A DNA stretch of 64,000 bases from Betaproteobacteria bacterium SG8_41 (GCA_001303585.1 LJTT01000001.1:49088-113087); one strand, 5' to 3'; positions 9,679-21,680 are shown, counted from the stretch's first letter. Notes: a model not told the origin generated them from the sequence alone. Made by a program: numbers and translations.

Positions 9679-9720
9679 CCCTTCGTGAAGGAACTTTAGG
9701 AAAACCAAAGAGGTAGAAAC

Positions 9721-11673
<1,953 letters not shown>

Positions 11674-11681
11674 CGATTAAC

Positions 11682-11819
11682 CACAGAGGCACAGAGGCAC
11701 TGAAGAGCTCACAGAGTCTTGACGGCGGTAACGCAGCCGGGCAGGGGTAGAACGCCCCTGCCTTGCGCTTTTTCGCATTGAAGAATCGCGTCTTGCTCCG
11801 GCGCTCCGTGCCTGTGTGG
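11682..11819. repeat. 8-nt unit array with an inverted partner flanking the dnaK terminator
   Basis: cacagagg cacagagg cactgaag agctcaca gag (11682-11716); inverted partner ctccgtgcctgtgtgg (11804-11819). Confidence 0.7.
11741..11773 (+). terminator. hairpin plus T-run between dnaK and dnaJ (terminator/attenuator)
   Basis: GCAGGGG-tagaacg-CCCCTGC (11741-11761), then cttgcgcTTTTT (T-run 11769-11773). Confidence 0.5.
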
Positions 11820-11831
11820 TAGAGAAGTCGA

Positions 11832-12962
11832 ATGGCCAAACGAGATTACTACGATGTGCTGGGGCTGGGCCGGGACGCCTCCGATGAGGACATCAAGAAG
11901 GCCTACCGCAAGCTCGCCATGAAGTGGCATCCGGATCGCAATCCGGACAATCCCAAGGCCGAGGAGCACTTCAAGGAAGCAAAGGAAGCATACGAAGTCC
12001 TGTCCGACGGACAGAAACGCGGGGCGTATGACCAGTTCGGCCATGCCGGCGTCGATCCGTCCATGGCGGCGGGCGGCGGCTTCGGGCCTGGTGGGGCCGG
12101 TTTCGGCGGCTTTGCCGATGCGTTCGGCGACATCTTCAGCGACATCTTCGGCGGGGGGCGCTCGCGCTCGAACGTGTTTCGCGGCGCGGACCTCCGATAC
12201 AACCTCGAGATCTCGCTCGAGGACGCCGCGCGCGGCACCGAGACGCGAATCCGCATCCCCGCAATGGAGCAGTGCGACACCTGCCACGGCACCGGCGCCA
12301 AGCCGGGCACCTCGCCGAGCAACTGCCCCACCTGCCAGGGCCACGGTCAGGTGCGCATGCAGCAGGGTTTCTTCTCCATCCAGCAGACCTGCCCGCGCTG
12401 TCACGGCAGCGGCAAGATCGTCGCGTCGCCCTGCGCAACCTGCAGCGGAGCGGGGCGCGTCAAACGGCACAAGACGCTCTCGGTGAAAATACCCGCGGGG
12501 GTGGACGAAGGCGACCGCATTCGCCTCTCGGGCGAAGGTGAGGCCGGCATGAATGGCGGTCCTCCCGGCGATCTCTATGTCGTGATCCACATCCGGCAGC
12601 ACTCGGTTTTCACGCGCGACCACAATGACCTTCACTGCGAGATGCCGATCAGCATCACGGTGGCGGCGATCGGCGGCGAAATCGAGATTCCAACGCTTGA
12701 CGGTTACGCCAAGATCAAGGTGCCCGCGGGCACACAGACCGGCCAGATGTTCCGGTTGCGAAACAAAGGGATCAAGGGGGTGCGCTCCGCGAGCCAAGGC
12801 GATCTCATCTGCCACGTGATGGTGGAGACACCGGTCAACCTCACCGCGCGCCAGCGCGAGCTCCTGGTCGAGCTCGAGCAGATCAACCGGACGGGAGCGG
12901 GCCGCCACGACCCGCGCGCCAAGTCCTGGATGGACAAAGTCAAGGAATTCTTCGCGGAATAG
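11832..12962 (+). CDS. dnaJ: molecular chaperone DnaJ
   Basis: J domain [35 protein letters not shown]-rich linker, four CxxCxGxG zinc motifs. Confidence 0.95.
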   Translation: MAKRDYYDVLGLGRDASDEDIKKAYRKLAMKWHPDRNPDNPKAEEHFKEAKEAYEVLSDGQKRGAYDQFGHAGVDPSMAAGGGFGPGGAGFGGFADAFGDIFSDIFGGGRSRSNVFRGADLRYNLEISLEDAARGTETRIRIPAMEQCDTCHGTGAKPGTSPSNCPTCQGHGQVRMQQGFFSIQQTCPRCHGSGKIVASPCATCSGAGRVKRHKTLSVKIPAGVDEGDRIRLSGEGEAGMNGGPPGDLYVVIHIRQHSVFTRDHNDLHCEMPISITVAAIGGEIEIPTLDGYAKIKVPAGTQTGQMFRLRNKGIKGVRSASQGDLICHVMVETPVNLTARQRELLVELEQINRTGAGRHDPRAKSWMDKVKEFFAE

Positions 12963-13061
12963 GTCGCGCCCGGCGCGGCCGGGACACGCCGTGCAAGAAC
13001 CTTGCGCGGGATCCCCCGCGACGACACGATCGGGCGACACCCGTCTCGAGGAATCAGACCG

Positions 13062-13679
13062 ATGAAAATGAAACTTCATTACTCTCCGGCCTCCCCGTTT
13101 GCGCGAAAAGTGCGCGTGTTCGCGCTCGAAACCGGGCTGGATCGCGATATCGAGCCGCACGCGATCACCGTCTCACCCGTCAATCCCAATTCCGAGCTGG
13201 CCAGCGACAACCCGTTGATGAAGGTCCCGACGCTGATCACCGCCGACGGCACCGCTCTTTTCGACTCACGGGTGATCTGCGAGTATCTGGACACCTTGCA
13301 CTCGGGTCGCAAGCTGTTTCCAGCGAACGGCCCGGCCCGCTGGCAGGCGCTGCGCCAGCAGGCATTGTGCGATGGCATCCTCGATGCGGCGGTTCTGTGC
13401 CGCTACGAAGCCGCGGTCCGGCCCGAGCAATTTCAGTGGAGCGAATGGCGTTCGGGGCAGCTCGCCAAGATCGCCGCGGCCCTTGCGGCGCTCGAGCGCG
13501 AGGCAGCGTCGCTCGAGGGCGAGCTCACCATCGGGAGCTTGACGGCGGCCTGCGCGCTAAGCTACTTGGACTTTCGGCTACCGGAAATGAAGTGGCGCGA
13601 CAACGTCCCCGCCCTCGCGCATTGGTTCGGGAAGCTATCCGCGCGACCGTCGTTCCATGCGACCGCGCCACCGGTCTGA
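13062..13679 (+). CDS. glutathione S-transferase family protein
   Basis: ATG at 13062 after GAGGA. MKLHYSPASPFARKVRVFALETGL is a GST N-terminal thioredoxin-like start; about 205 aa. Confidence 0.8.
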   Translation: MKMKLHYSPASPFARKVRVFALETGLDRDIEPHAITVSPVNPNSELASDNPLMKVPTLITADGTALFDSRVICEYLDTLHSGRKLFPANGPARWQALRQQALCDGILDAAVLCRYEAAVRPEQFQWSEWRSGQLAKIAAALAALEREAASLEGELTIGSLTAACALSYLDFRLPEMKWRDNVPALAHWFGKLSARPSFHATAPPV

Positions 13680-13822
13680 GCACGACGCGACGCTCAGCCT
13701 GAAGCGGCCGCAAATCGGCGCGGTTTGGGCTCAGCTCTTGCCGAGCGCGAGCTTCGTGAAGTTCGGTTCCGGATGCGGAAGCGGGGGCAGCGACCAGTTG
13801 CCAGTACCGACCGACTCACCAT

Positions 13823-15916
13823 TCAGCCGGATAGTGATATTTGCAGCAGCTCAAACAGTTCCGCGGGCTGCACCGGTTTGCGCAGCAGCGCCGATACCCC
13901 CGCTGCCCTTGCCTCATCCTCACTGAGCCCTTCGAGATAGCCCGAATAGAGGATCACAGGCAGTTCAGGCCGGATCGAACGCAGATGACTTGCAAGATCA
14001 AGGCCCGTCAGCCGCGGCATGGTCTGGTCCGTGATGACCACATCAACCGAATCGGGGGCTGCATCGAGCATCGCTTTCGCTTGGACCCCGCCCGCGGCCA
14101 CGGCGACGGTCAGGCCCCAATTCTCGAGCAATTCGCGCATGAACTCGCGCACAGACTGCTCGTCGTCCACAACCAGAACACGGCCCGCAAGTTCGCTCTT
14201 CGTCGCCCCCCTCACCGGCTCCGCTCGGCCGCCTTCGCGCACCTCCTGCGCTACCGGTTCCAGGCCCGGTAACAGGATACGGAACACGGCGCCCCGCGCG
14301 TTCGCCGACTCGACGAGGATATGGCCGCCGTATTCATGGACGATGCCGTGCACCGTGGAGAGCCCCATGCCACTGCCTTTGCCGACCTCCTTGGTGGTGA
14401 AGAAGGGGTCGAACATGCGGTCGACGACGTGAGGCGCGATGCCCGGGCCGGAGTCGCGCACGGACAACTCGGCAAAAGTGCCGCTCACGGGCTGGCGGCA
14501 CGAAGCGCAGGTAGCGCCATGTAGCCTCGTCCGCCGCGTGCTCAACTGCACCAGCCCCGCGCCGCCCATCGCGTCGCGCGCGTTGATGCAGAGATTGAGC
14601 AGTATCTGGTCGATGTGAACCGGATCGACTCGCACGGCAGGCGTCTCGGCGGCTGACTCGGTCTGCAATTCGATCGTGGCGGTCAGGGTCGAGCGCAGCA
14701 ACCGCGCGCATTCATTGACCAGGTCCGGCAGATCGAGCGCGCGCGCATCGCCCCGCCGGCCCCGGCTGAACGTCAGCATCTGCTGGATCAGATCCCGCGC
14801 CCGCTCACAGGAATGCCGCGCCTGCTCGAGATAGCGACCGAGCTTCGGGTCAGCCTGCGCCGCCTCCCGTTCCGCAGCGAGCACCATATAACCCATCACG
14901 CTGGTAAGAATATTGTTGAAATCATGGGCAATGCCGCCGGTGAGATGGCCGATCGCTTCCATTTTTTGCGCCTGCCTCAACTGCGACTCGAGCTGCGCGC
15001 GCCCGGCCTCCGCACGCTTGCGCGCCGTCACATCGCGCATGATCCCGAGCACATGCGGCACGCCCCGGTACTGGATCGGCACGAAACGCACCTCGGCGTC
15101 GTAACGCGTGCCGTCCTTGCGTATGCGCTCGCCCTCGAAGTGCAATTTCTCGCCCTGCAGCGCCCGCAGCCGCAGCTCACGGGCGTGATCGGCGAGATCC
15201 GCGGGCAGGTTTGGCACCCAGTCCGCGTTCATGACCTCCTCGCGTGTCACTCCGGTAATGGCGAGATAGGCCGGGTTCACGTCCACCACACGGGACTCGC
15301 CGTCACGCAGGATCAACCCGTCCTCGGACGCGTTGAAAATGGTCCGATACTGCTCCTCGCTCGCGCGCAACGCTTCGTCGGCGCGCATGCGCTCGAGCTC
15401 TGCCGAGGCGCGCACCGCGAAGATCTTGAGCACCGATTCGACGAATTCGCTGTTCACCATCGATTTGCGCGACACAACGGCGATCAAGCCGAGCGCCCGG
15501 CCGTCACCATCCCGCAAGGGAAATCCCGCGTAGCTATCGAAGCCAAGCCTCGCGAAATCAAGATCGGCCGGAAAAGTCTTGCACAGTCCCTTCGGGTAGA
15601 TGCGGAAATGCTGCCCGATCACGGTCTCGCATGGCGTGCCCGCGAGGGGATACTCGAAGTTTTCCCGGATCTGGCCGTCGAGGACGAAAGCGAACACGCG
15701 CATGCTGCAGGGCGCGTCCTCGTGCGGGGAGGAGATAAATGCGCAGTCCACATCGAGAGTCTTCGCGAGATAGCGCACCAGCTCCTGGAACAGCGTCGGG
15801 CCGCGCGCGCTTGACACAGCCAGCGCGGCAGCGGCAAGCGCATCCTCGGTGAGGCTGTGTTGACGCGCATCAGGTTGATTCCGTTTGCGCGGCAGTTTGC
15901 GATGCGTTTTGCTCAT
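13823..15916 (-). CDS. cytoplasmic hybrid sensor histidine kinase (GAF-PAS-HisKA-HATPase-receiver)
   Basis: H-box [17 protein letters not shown], ATPase G-boxes ([14 protein letters not shown]), C-terminal receiver [15 protein letters not shown]...VITDQTMP. No transmembrane segment seen. Confidence 0.85.
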   Translation of the reverse strand: MSKTHRKLPRKRNQPDARQHSLTEDALAAAALAVSSARGPTLFQELVRYLAKTLDVDCAFISSPHEDAPCSMRVFAFVLDGQIRENFEYPLAGTPCETVIGQHFRIYPKGLCKTFPADLDFARLGFDSYAGFPLRDGDGRALGLIAVVSRKSMVNSEFVESVLKIFAVRASAELERMRADEALRASEEQYRTIFNASEDGLILRDGESRVVDVNPAYLAITGVTREEVMNADWVPNLPADLADHARELRLRALQGEKLHFEGERIRKDGTRYDAEVRFVPIQYRGVPHVLGIMRDVTARKRAEAGRAQLESQLRQAQKMEAIGHLTGGIAHDFNNILTSVMGYMVLAAEREAAQADPKLGRYLEQARHSCERARDLIQQMLTFSRGRRGDARALDLPDLVNECARLLRSTLTATIELQTESAAETPAVRVDPVHIDQILLNLCINARDAMGGAGLVQLSTRRTRLHGATCASCRQPVSGTFAELSVRDSGPGIAPHVVDRMFDPFFTTKEVGKGSGMGLSTVHGIVHEYGGHILVESANARGAVFRILLPGLEPVAQEVREGGRAEPVRGATKSELAGRVLVVDDEQSVREFMRELLENWGLTVAVAAGGVQAKAMLDAAPDSVDVVITDQTMPRLTGLDLASHLRSIRPELPVILYSGYLEGLSEDEARAAGVSALLRKPVQPAELFELLQISLSG

Positions 15917-15977
15917 GCCTGACAGTTTACCGGCGGGCGCCCGCAGGGAGGCTCCTTTTTACCCGCCGGCAACCATT

Positions 15978-15998
15978 GAAACAATCCGGTTACAAAGC
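15978..15998. promoter_or_regulatory. 21-nt conserved motif, copy 1 (upstream of the histidine kinase gene)
   Basis: GAAACAATCCGGTTACAAAGC; 19/21 identical to the copy at 16925-16945, in the same orientation. Confidence 0.35.
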
Positions 15999-16069
15999 CG
16001 CTCGAGCATGAGCGGACGGGCGCGGCCCGCACCCTCGGCTCCGGCCTCTGCTCGGCCCCCGAAAGAACG

Positions 16070-16792
16070 CTATGAGCCGGATCCGGGGACGAACATGTAG
16101 CCGGCACCCCGCACGGTGCGAATGGCACGGGGCTTGTCGGGATCGGCTTCGACCTTGCGCCTCAATCGCGCAATGCGGATGTCGATCGAGCGATCGAACG
16201 GCTCCCAGTCTCGATTGCGGGTCAGGTTGAGCAGCTGATCGCGGGAGAGCACTTGGTTCGCGTGCTCCACGAATACCTTGAGCAGATCGAATTCCATTCC
16301 GGTCAGCTGAATCTCCTCGCCTTCGGCGTCGAAGAGCAGGTGTGACTCGAGATCCAGCTCGCAGCGCCCCACGCGCACACGGCGGCCCGCGTCTCCCGCT
16401 GCAGGCGCGGGCCGGGGGCCGGCCCTCATCCGTCGCATGACGCTCCGCAGCCGCGCGCGCAGCTCTCTTGGATCAAACGGCTTCGTGACGTAGTCGTCCG
16501 CCCCGATCTCGAGCCCGACCACACGATCGATGACCTCGCCTGCCCCCGTCACCATGATGATGCCGACCGGGTAGTGCTCGCGCAGGTGACGCGCCAGGGT
16601 GAGACCGTCCTCGCCCGGCAGGTTGACGTCGAGCAAAACCACGTCGGGAACCTGCTTCGCCAGCGCGGCACGCATCGCGTCGCCACCGTCGGTCAACGTG
16701 ACGTCGTAGCCATGCTCGCCGAGGTACTCGCCGAGCATGCTTCGAATTTCCGGGTCGTCTTCGACGACCAGCACCCGCCCTTCGTTAGCCAC
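16070..16792 (-). CDS. OmpR-family response regulator
   Basis: Receiver VLVVEDDPEIR...DVVLLDVNLPGEDG plus winged helix (RTVRGAGYMF). GTG at 16792 gives about 240 aa. The track start (GTG at 16924, 284 aa) is an alternative. Confidence 0.8.
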   Translation of the reverse strand: MANEGRVLVVEDDPEIRSMLGEYLGEHGYDVTLTDGGDAMRAALAKQVPDVVLLDVNLPGEDGLTLARHLREHYPVGIIMVTGAGEVIDRVVGLEIGADDYVTKPFDPRELRARLRSVMRRMRAGPRPAPAAGDAGRRVRVGRCELDLESHLLFDAEGEEIQLTGMEFDLLKVFVEHANQVLSRDQLLNLTRNRDWEPFDRSIDIRIARLRRKVEADPDKPRAIRTVRGAGYMFVPGSGS

Positions 16793-16924
16793 GTCCCCAG
16801 AATCCTCGCTGATTTGCCGGTGCCCGCCTGACAGGGTTCCAGACGGTCGCCTCGCCGCAATTATAGACACAGACGCTACCTCTGACGGCCCTGCGCCACC
16901 AGCCGGCTCTTTCACGGCTTCCAC

Positions 16925-16945
16925 GAAACGATCCGGTTACATAGC
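16925..16945. promoter_or_regulatory. 21-nt conserved motif, copy 2 (upstream of the response regulator gene)
   Basis: GAAACGATCCGGTTACATAGC; pairs with the copy at 15978-15998. Confidence 0.35.
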
Positions 16946-17049
16946 GCTACAAACTGTTTCGGAACTGACAACGCACGGATACCAGCGGCGCCTAGGATGC
17001 ACTCCAGCAGCACAAGATGTCTTTCCAATCCACGACAAGGAGACAGGCC

Positions 17050-17985
17050 ATGCAAGCAGTCAAGACACAGAGCCAGACCAAGCGTTACGCAAAATGCATC
17101 GAGGTTTCGAAACGTGTGCGCTGGGATATCGACCGCGACGTGATCCGCGGCCGGTCTTTCGATTTCGCAAAGAAGTTTCTTCCCGATGCACTATCGCGCA
17201 TGGGCCATCTGGATTTTCTCGACGCCGGCGAACGCCGCCTCGTGAGCCAGATCCAGGGACGGACCTACGCCAACATGTTCCGCCTGGTGGAACGCTTCAT
17301 CGGTGCCAAGATCCTGGACCAGAGCCGCGAGCACTCGCTGGGCGACCAGACGGCAATGGAAGCGCTGGTTCGCCTCACCGACGAGGAGCTGAAGCATCAG
17401 GAACTCTTCCGCCGCCTCGACGCGATGATGGCCAACGACATGCCCGAGGGTTACCAGTTCGTGCCCGACCCGAACGCCGTGGCATCCGTCGTGCTGGGCA
17501 AGTCGACGTGGGCGGTGCTGGGGCTCATCTGCCACATCGAGATCTTCGTGGTGTCCCACTACCGGCAGAGCATCGATCCGGACAGGGAGCTCTCCGCGCT
17601 GTACAAGGACGTGTTCCTGTACCACGCCCGCGAGGAGGCCCAGCACGCGATTCTGGACGAGCTGGAGTGGGCACGCGAAAACGCGAAGCTCTCGCCCGTG
17701 GAGCGGGATCGGGCAGTCGACGACCTCATCGAGCTGGTCGGCGCAGTGGACGGCCTGTTGCAAATCCAGGCGCAGGCAGATGCCGATTACTTCCTGCGCA
17801 TCTGCGGCCGGTCGTTTTCCACAGACGAGGAGACCGCGATCCGAAATGCCATGCTCGGAGCCTATCGCTGGCAGTACATCGTCTCGGGCGTCCAGGATGA
17901 ACGGTTCGCCAACCTTCTTGGGGGACTGGTCGACGGGGCGCAGGCCAAGCGCATCGGCGATGCACTCGCGCCCATCCTGCAGTAA
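17050..17985 (+). CDS. ferritin-like diiron-carboxylate protein (AurF-like oxygenase family candidate)
   Basis: ATG at 17050 preceded by AGGAGA (17039-17044). Two ExxH motifs (DEELKH, REEAQH) plus single-Glu helices (LVERF, HIEIF) give a six-ligand diiron pattern. Confidence 0.6.
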   Translation: MQAVKTQSQTKRYAKCIEVSKRVRWDIDRDVIRGRSFDFAKKFLPDALSRMGHLDFLDAGERRLVSQIQGRTYANMFRLVERFIGAKILDQSREHSLGDQTAMEALVRLTDEELKHQELFRRLDAMMANDMPEGYQFVPDPNAVASVVLGKSTWAVLGLICHIEIFVVSHYRQSIDPDRELSALYKDVFLYHAREEAQHAILDELEWARENAKLSPVERDRAVDDLIELVGAVDGLLQIQAQADADYFLRICGRSFSTDEETAIRNAMLGAYRWQYIVSGVQDERFANLLGGLVDGAQAKRIGDALAPILQ

Positions 17986-18068
17986 GGAAGAGCAGCGGTG
18001 GCGCTACTCGACAGCGAGCAATGGCATTCGACCGCTGTTGCAACACGTCGATACCTCAGCAGGCGGTG

Positions 18069-18094
18069 GGCGGCAGTGGAGACCGCCTGCCGCC
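18069..18094. terminator. GC hairpin between convergent genes (no U-tract)
   Basis: GGCGGCAG-10 nt-CTGCCGCC, an 8-bp perfect stem between the diiron-protein stop and the enolase-family stop. Confidence 0.3.
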
Positions 18095-18128
18095 GCTTGG
18101 CAACTCGCCAGCGCGCGAGCCGCGGCCG

Positions 18129-19280
18129 CTAGGCCCGATGTTTCTGGACGTAATCCCAGTCGATCTCGACGCCAAAACCGGGCTTGTCACTGAGGTATAC
18201 ATAGCCGTCGCGCACCTGGGCCCGTTCGGTGAACAGCCCGAACCAGAGCGGATCGCGCTCCGGCCCTCCGTGCGTCTCGATGCCGAACGAGGCGCTCGGA
18301 AAGGCGGCCACCAGATGAGCATGGAGTTCAGGTGCCAGATGGGGCGCAATGCGCACACCATGCTGCTCGGCGAACTGGGCGACGCGCAACGCCTCGGTGA
18401 AACCGGCGGCCCGGGTCGAGTCGAACTGCACGTAGCGGATCGCCCCGCTAGCGATAAAGTCACGCACGGTGAAGCGCGTGAGTTCCCGTTCCCCATGCGC
18501 GAGCGGGATCGTGGTTGACTGTGCAAGCCGCACGAAGTCCGATGGCTGCAAATACCAATGCAACGGCTCTTCGAGCCAGAATATGTTCGAGGGCTCGACG
18601 GCGCGCGCGAACGCTATACAGTTGTTGAGATCATACGGCGCGTTCATGTCGAGCATTAACGAAATGTCTTCGCCAATAGCGTCGCGCACGAGTCGAACGC
18701 GCTTTGCCTCGTCGGAGGGCGTGCCGGCGCCCGTCTTGAGCTTGACCGCGCGATAGCCGGCTTTGACAAAGCTGGCCAGTTCCTCGGCGTACACGTTGTC
18801 CAATGCCCCGGCCCGGTAGTAGCCGCCCGTCGCATACGAAAAGATCGGGCGGTTTTCACCGCCAAGAAGCCTCCAGACGGGCATGCCGGCGCGCTTCCCC
18901 TTGATGTCCCAAAGGGCGATGTCTATGCCCCCGATCGCCGCCATGATCTGCGGGCGTTCATTGCGCGAGAGCGGCGGCGGCAGCCCATCGGACGGCGGGG
19001 TGCCGCCAGGTCGCGGGGACGTAAGGCCAAAGAGCCGCTCCCACACCGCGACGTGGCCCAGCGCATCCATGCCGCGGATGATCTCCCCGAACCTCCCCAC
19101 CCAGTTGCAGATCACGTTCAGCGGCGAGCCCTTGATCTGGCCATAGCCGGCAAGGCCGTCGTCAGTAAGCACTTCGACCACAATGACGCTCGAGGTCTTG
19201 AGCTCTTCGTGAGCCGTCCAAAGCGCTTCTTTGAGAGGTACGGAAACGGGGTGGGCAGTTACAGTGGCGATACGGCTCAC
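18129..19280 (-). CDS. enolase superfamily enzyme (mandelate racemase/muconate lactonizing family)
   Basis: Capping domain plus barrel with LMLDMN, WLEEPLHWY and AHGERE ligand-type motifs; 383 aa. Confidence 0.8.
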   Translation of the reverse strand: MSRIATVTAHPVSVPLKEALWTAHEELKTSSVIVVEVLTDDGLAGYGQIKGSPLNVICNWVGRFGEIIRGMDALGHVAVWERLFGLTSPRPGGTPPSDGLPPPLSRNERPQIMAAIGGIDIALWDIKGKRAGMPVWRLLGGENRPIFSYATGGYYRAGALDNVYAEELASFVKAGYRAVKLKTGAGTPSDEAKRVRLVRDAIGEDISLMLDMNAPYDLNNCIAFARAVEPSNIFWLEEPLHWYLQPSDFVRLAQSTTIPLAHGERELTRFTVRDFIASGAIRYVQFDSTRAAGFTEALRVAQFAEQHGVRIAPHLAPELHAHLVAAFPSASFGIETHGGPERDPLWFGLFTERAQVRDGYVYLSDKPGFGVEIDWDYVQKHRA

Positions 19281-19333
19281 GATTTTGTGCTCCGGTTGGC
19301 AGGACGCTCGGCAGCCGCGCCCCAGGATGGCGG

Positions 19334-20182
19334 ATGTTCGTAGTAGGATACTACGCGATGCTGTTGAAAACGCTAAAAGAGGCTCTGAGGTCGCTCATTC
19401 CACGCAGTGGTGCGAGGCCCGAATACCCGTTGGAGACGGAGCGCAAGCTCAACCAGCTTCACGGCCGCGCGCCCGTGGACCAGCATCTCGATATCCTGTT
19501 CCAGGACGCCCGCATCGGCGAGGACAGTTTTGTGGCGCTTCACAGACGCTGTCTCGAGCACACGGGCACGGGGGTAACGCCATTCAATGTTTTCCAGCGC
19601 TTCCAGACTCGTCTGGCGCTGGTCAACTATTTCCTCGCGACGCTACCGGTGCCCGGCGCGCGTGCCGAGTGCGGCGCCTACCGCGGCGCGACCGCATTGC
19701 TGCTGTGCCACGCCTGGCGCAGCCGGCAGCCCGACTTCAAAGGCGCCGGTTTCTACTTGATCGACAGCTTCTCCGGAACCAGCGCGTCCGTCGATCAGGA
19801 TCTCATACCCGTGCGCGGTGTGAACGGCACGACGAGCATGGAAGCCTTTTTCCCCGCTGGCAAGTCCGACACGTCGGCGGATGAGGTGCGCGGCTACTTT
19901 ACCGATTTTCCCGAGGCGGAAATCTGCGCCGGCTGGATACCGCAGGTCTTCAGGTCGCTGCGCGACCAAGACTGGGCGTTTGTGCGCTTGGATCTGACGC
20001 TATTCGAGCCTACCCTGGCGGCGCTCGAGTACTTTTACCCCCGCCTCAGTAAAGGCGGCGTCATGATTTGCGACGGGTCGATTTTTTGTCCTGGTGCCGA
20101 GAAGGCGTGGGAGCAGTTCTGCGAGCAGCATGACATCGCTTACGTCATGCTTGGCCACCGGCAGTTTGTTCTCATCAAGTGA
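19334..20182 (+). CDS. TylF/MycF-like class I SAM-dependent O-methyltransferase candidate
   Basis: AECGAYRGATALLL, LIDSFSG and FVRLDLTLFEPTLAALEYFYPRLSKGGVMICDG resemble the TylF-family layout. ATG at 19334 follows AGGA. Confidence 0.55.
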   Translation: MFVVGYYAMLLKTLKEALRSLIPRSGARPEYPLETERKLNQLHGRAPVDQHLDILFQDARIGEDSFVALHRRCLEHTGTGVTPFNVFQRFQTRLALVNYFLATLPVPGARAECGAYRGATALLLCHAWRSRQPDFKGAGFYLIDSFSGTSASVDQDLIPVRGVNGTTSMEAFFPAGKSDTSADEVRGYFTDFPEAEICAGWIPQVFRSLRDQDWAFVRLDLTLFEPTLAALEYFYPRLSKGGVMICDGSIFCPGAEKAWEQFCEQHDIAYVMLGHRQFVLIK

Positions 20183-20270
20183 AAGTTTCTTGACAACCGG
20201 TGCTTGAGGCGCCATCAACAAACGTGCGCGTGTACGCTTCTCGCGTCCGCCGGGTCTGGCCGCCTTGCGC

Positions 20271-21401
20271 TTATTTGCCGAACAGCTTGGCCGCGCGAGA
20301 ACGCAAGGTTGCGTACATTTCCCTTGCTTTTTCCTCGGGCGCAACCGGATTTTTCGGAGGCGGATAAGACGGCAGCAGGTGTGCGGCCTTGATTCTTGCG
20401 GCCCAGATCGCCCGCTCCAGCGCGCGTCCGCCAGCGCCCGGGTAATCGGCCAGTTCGCCGCCGCTCAATTTCCCGCACTTCTCAAGCCCGCCCTCTGGTG
20501 TCAGGCGCAGCAGATCGAACGTTGCGGGGTCCACGAACCGGTTGTCGAAAATGTGCATCAGCTCCATGCGATCGCCCGTCTGCGCCTTGAGCTCAACACG
20601 TGCGCCAGGATCGAGTCCCGGTGCCCCGACATGGGTCATGCTGTGCATGACCATTCGCGTGAGATTGTCGAGCGCCGCCAACCGCTCCGCGTCGGGAACG
20701 AAGCCAGCCGCGGGGACGCTTGGGCCGAACCCCCAGAGCGCTCTCCCCCAGCGCACTCTGGTCTGTTCGTGGTCAAGATCGAGGAAAAAGGGATTGATGA
20801 CCGGCTGCCCCTGCACGGAATAGCCGTAGCTCTCAACGACCCAACGGTCCATCTCGAACTCGTCCTCCTCGTAGGCGGAAGCCACTAGCTGAACGCCGCC
20901 GGCAATCAGGCGCGCGAAGCTGCCGTCCTCCAGCCAGCCACGATGTTTGCCCAGTCCGGGATGAAAAATCACCGCGATATCGAATTCAGCGCTGCCGTTC
21001 TCGCTGAGAAAATCGTTGAGCCGGGCGCGCGCGCAGCGCGCGGGCTGAGACGGGGCAAGGGCCCCGGCCGGTGAGACAAACGATGGGTCGAGATCGGCGC
21101 CGACCAGCGTGACCGCGGTCTTGAAGTCAGCCCCGAGCAGCGTTGGCAAAATCGCGTACCATCTACCCTGGTCGACGGCGTCCACTGACTCGGCTCCGAT
21201 AAGCAGCAGCCGCAGTCGTCGCACTGCCAGCAGTTGCGGCATGCGCCGTGCAATCCATAGCGCGACGGCAGCCGGTGCCGCGAGCACGGCGCAGGCGAGC
21301 GTGGGATTGATTCCTGCGAGCGCCGAGCAATCCGGCCGAGCGGCAATGGCAGCAATCAGTTCATCCCAGTTGCTGCACTTCAGGATGGGCGGAACATTCA
21401 T
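20271..21401 (-). CDS. hypothetical protein, 376 aa, no family recognised
   Basis: Long ATG ORF on the strand opposite the shadow ORFs, with protein-like composition and no obvious transmembrane segment or signal peptide. Confidence 0.6.
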   Translation of the reverse strand: MNVPPILKCSNWDELIAAIAARPDCSALAGINPTLACAVLAAPAAVALWIARRMPQLLAVRRLRLLLIGAESVDAVDQGRWYAILPTLLGADFKTAVTLVGADLDPSFVSPAGALAPSQPARCARARLNDFLSENGSAEFDIAVIFHPGLGKHRGWLEDGSFARLIAGGVQLVASAYEEDEFEMDRWVVESYGYSVQGQPVINPFFLDLDHEQTRVRWGRALWGFGPSVPAAGFVPDAERLAALDNLTRMVMHSMTHVGAPGLDPGARVELKAQTGDRMELMHIFDNRFVDPATFDLLRLTPEGGLEKCGKLSGGELADYPGAGGRALERAIWAARIKAAHLLPSYPPPKNPVAPEEKAREMYATLRSRAAKLFGK

Positions 21402-21680
21402 GATGTTAAAAGCAGGCGGATTTTACTCCACGTTATGCTTTCAGCCGACTGACATGGCGTTGGCGCGGCAAATCTGCCGTTCAGAGCAATTACACCGCGC
21501 CCCGGGAAAGCACTTGCCGGAGCGCGTCAGCACACGTTCTGCTTTGGGCGCCTTCGGTCGTGGCCGCTAGGCGCCTGCTCCGCGGCTCGTGGACCCCGTC
21601 CCATGTTTCAGCGCTTCTCTCAAAACAGACCGAGGCAAATCGGGGGCCGGGAAGTAGTTTGTCAACTAATTCCGCAAACT

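Noticed and set aside
11770-11831. A sigma-32-like box upstream of dnaJ (ATTGAAG ... CCGGCGCT).
   Set aside because: It is a poor match to both the -35 and -10 consensus. dnaJ is more simply explained by read-through from dnaK.
13731-13826. A short minus-strand frame, [35 protein letters not shown], just past the histidine-kinase stop.
   Set aside because: It is under 60 codons, has no start codon, overlaps the kinase 3' end in another frame, and has no family resemblance I can support.
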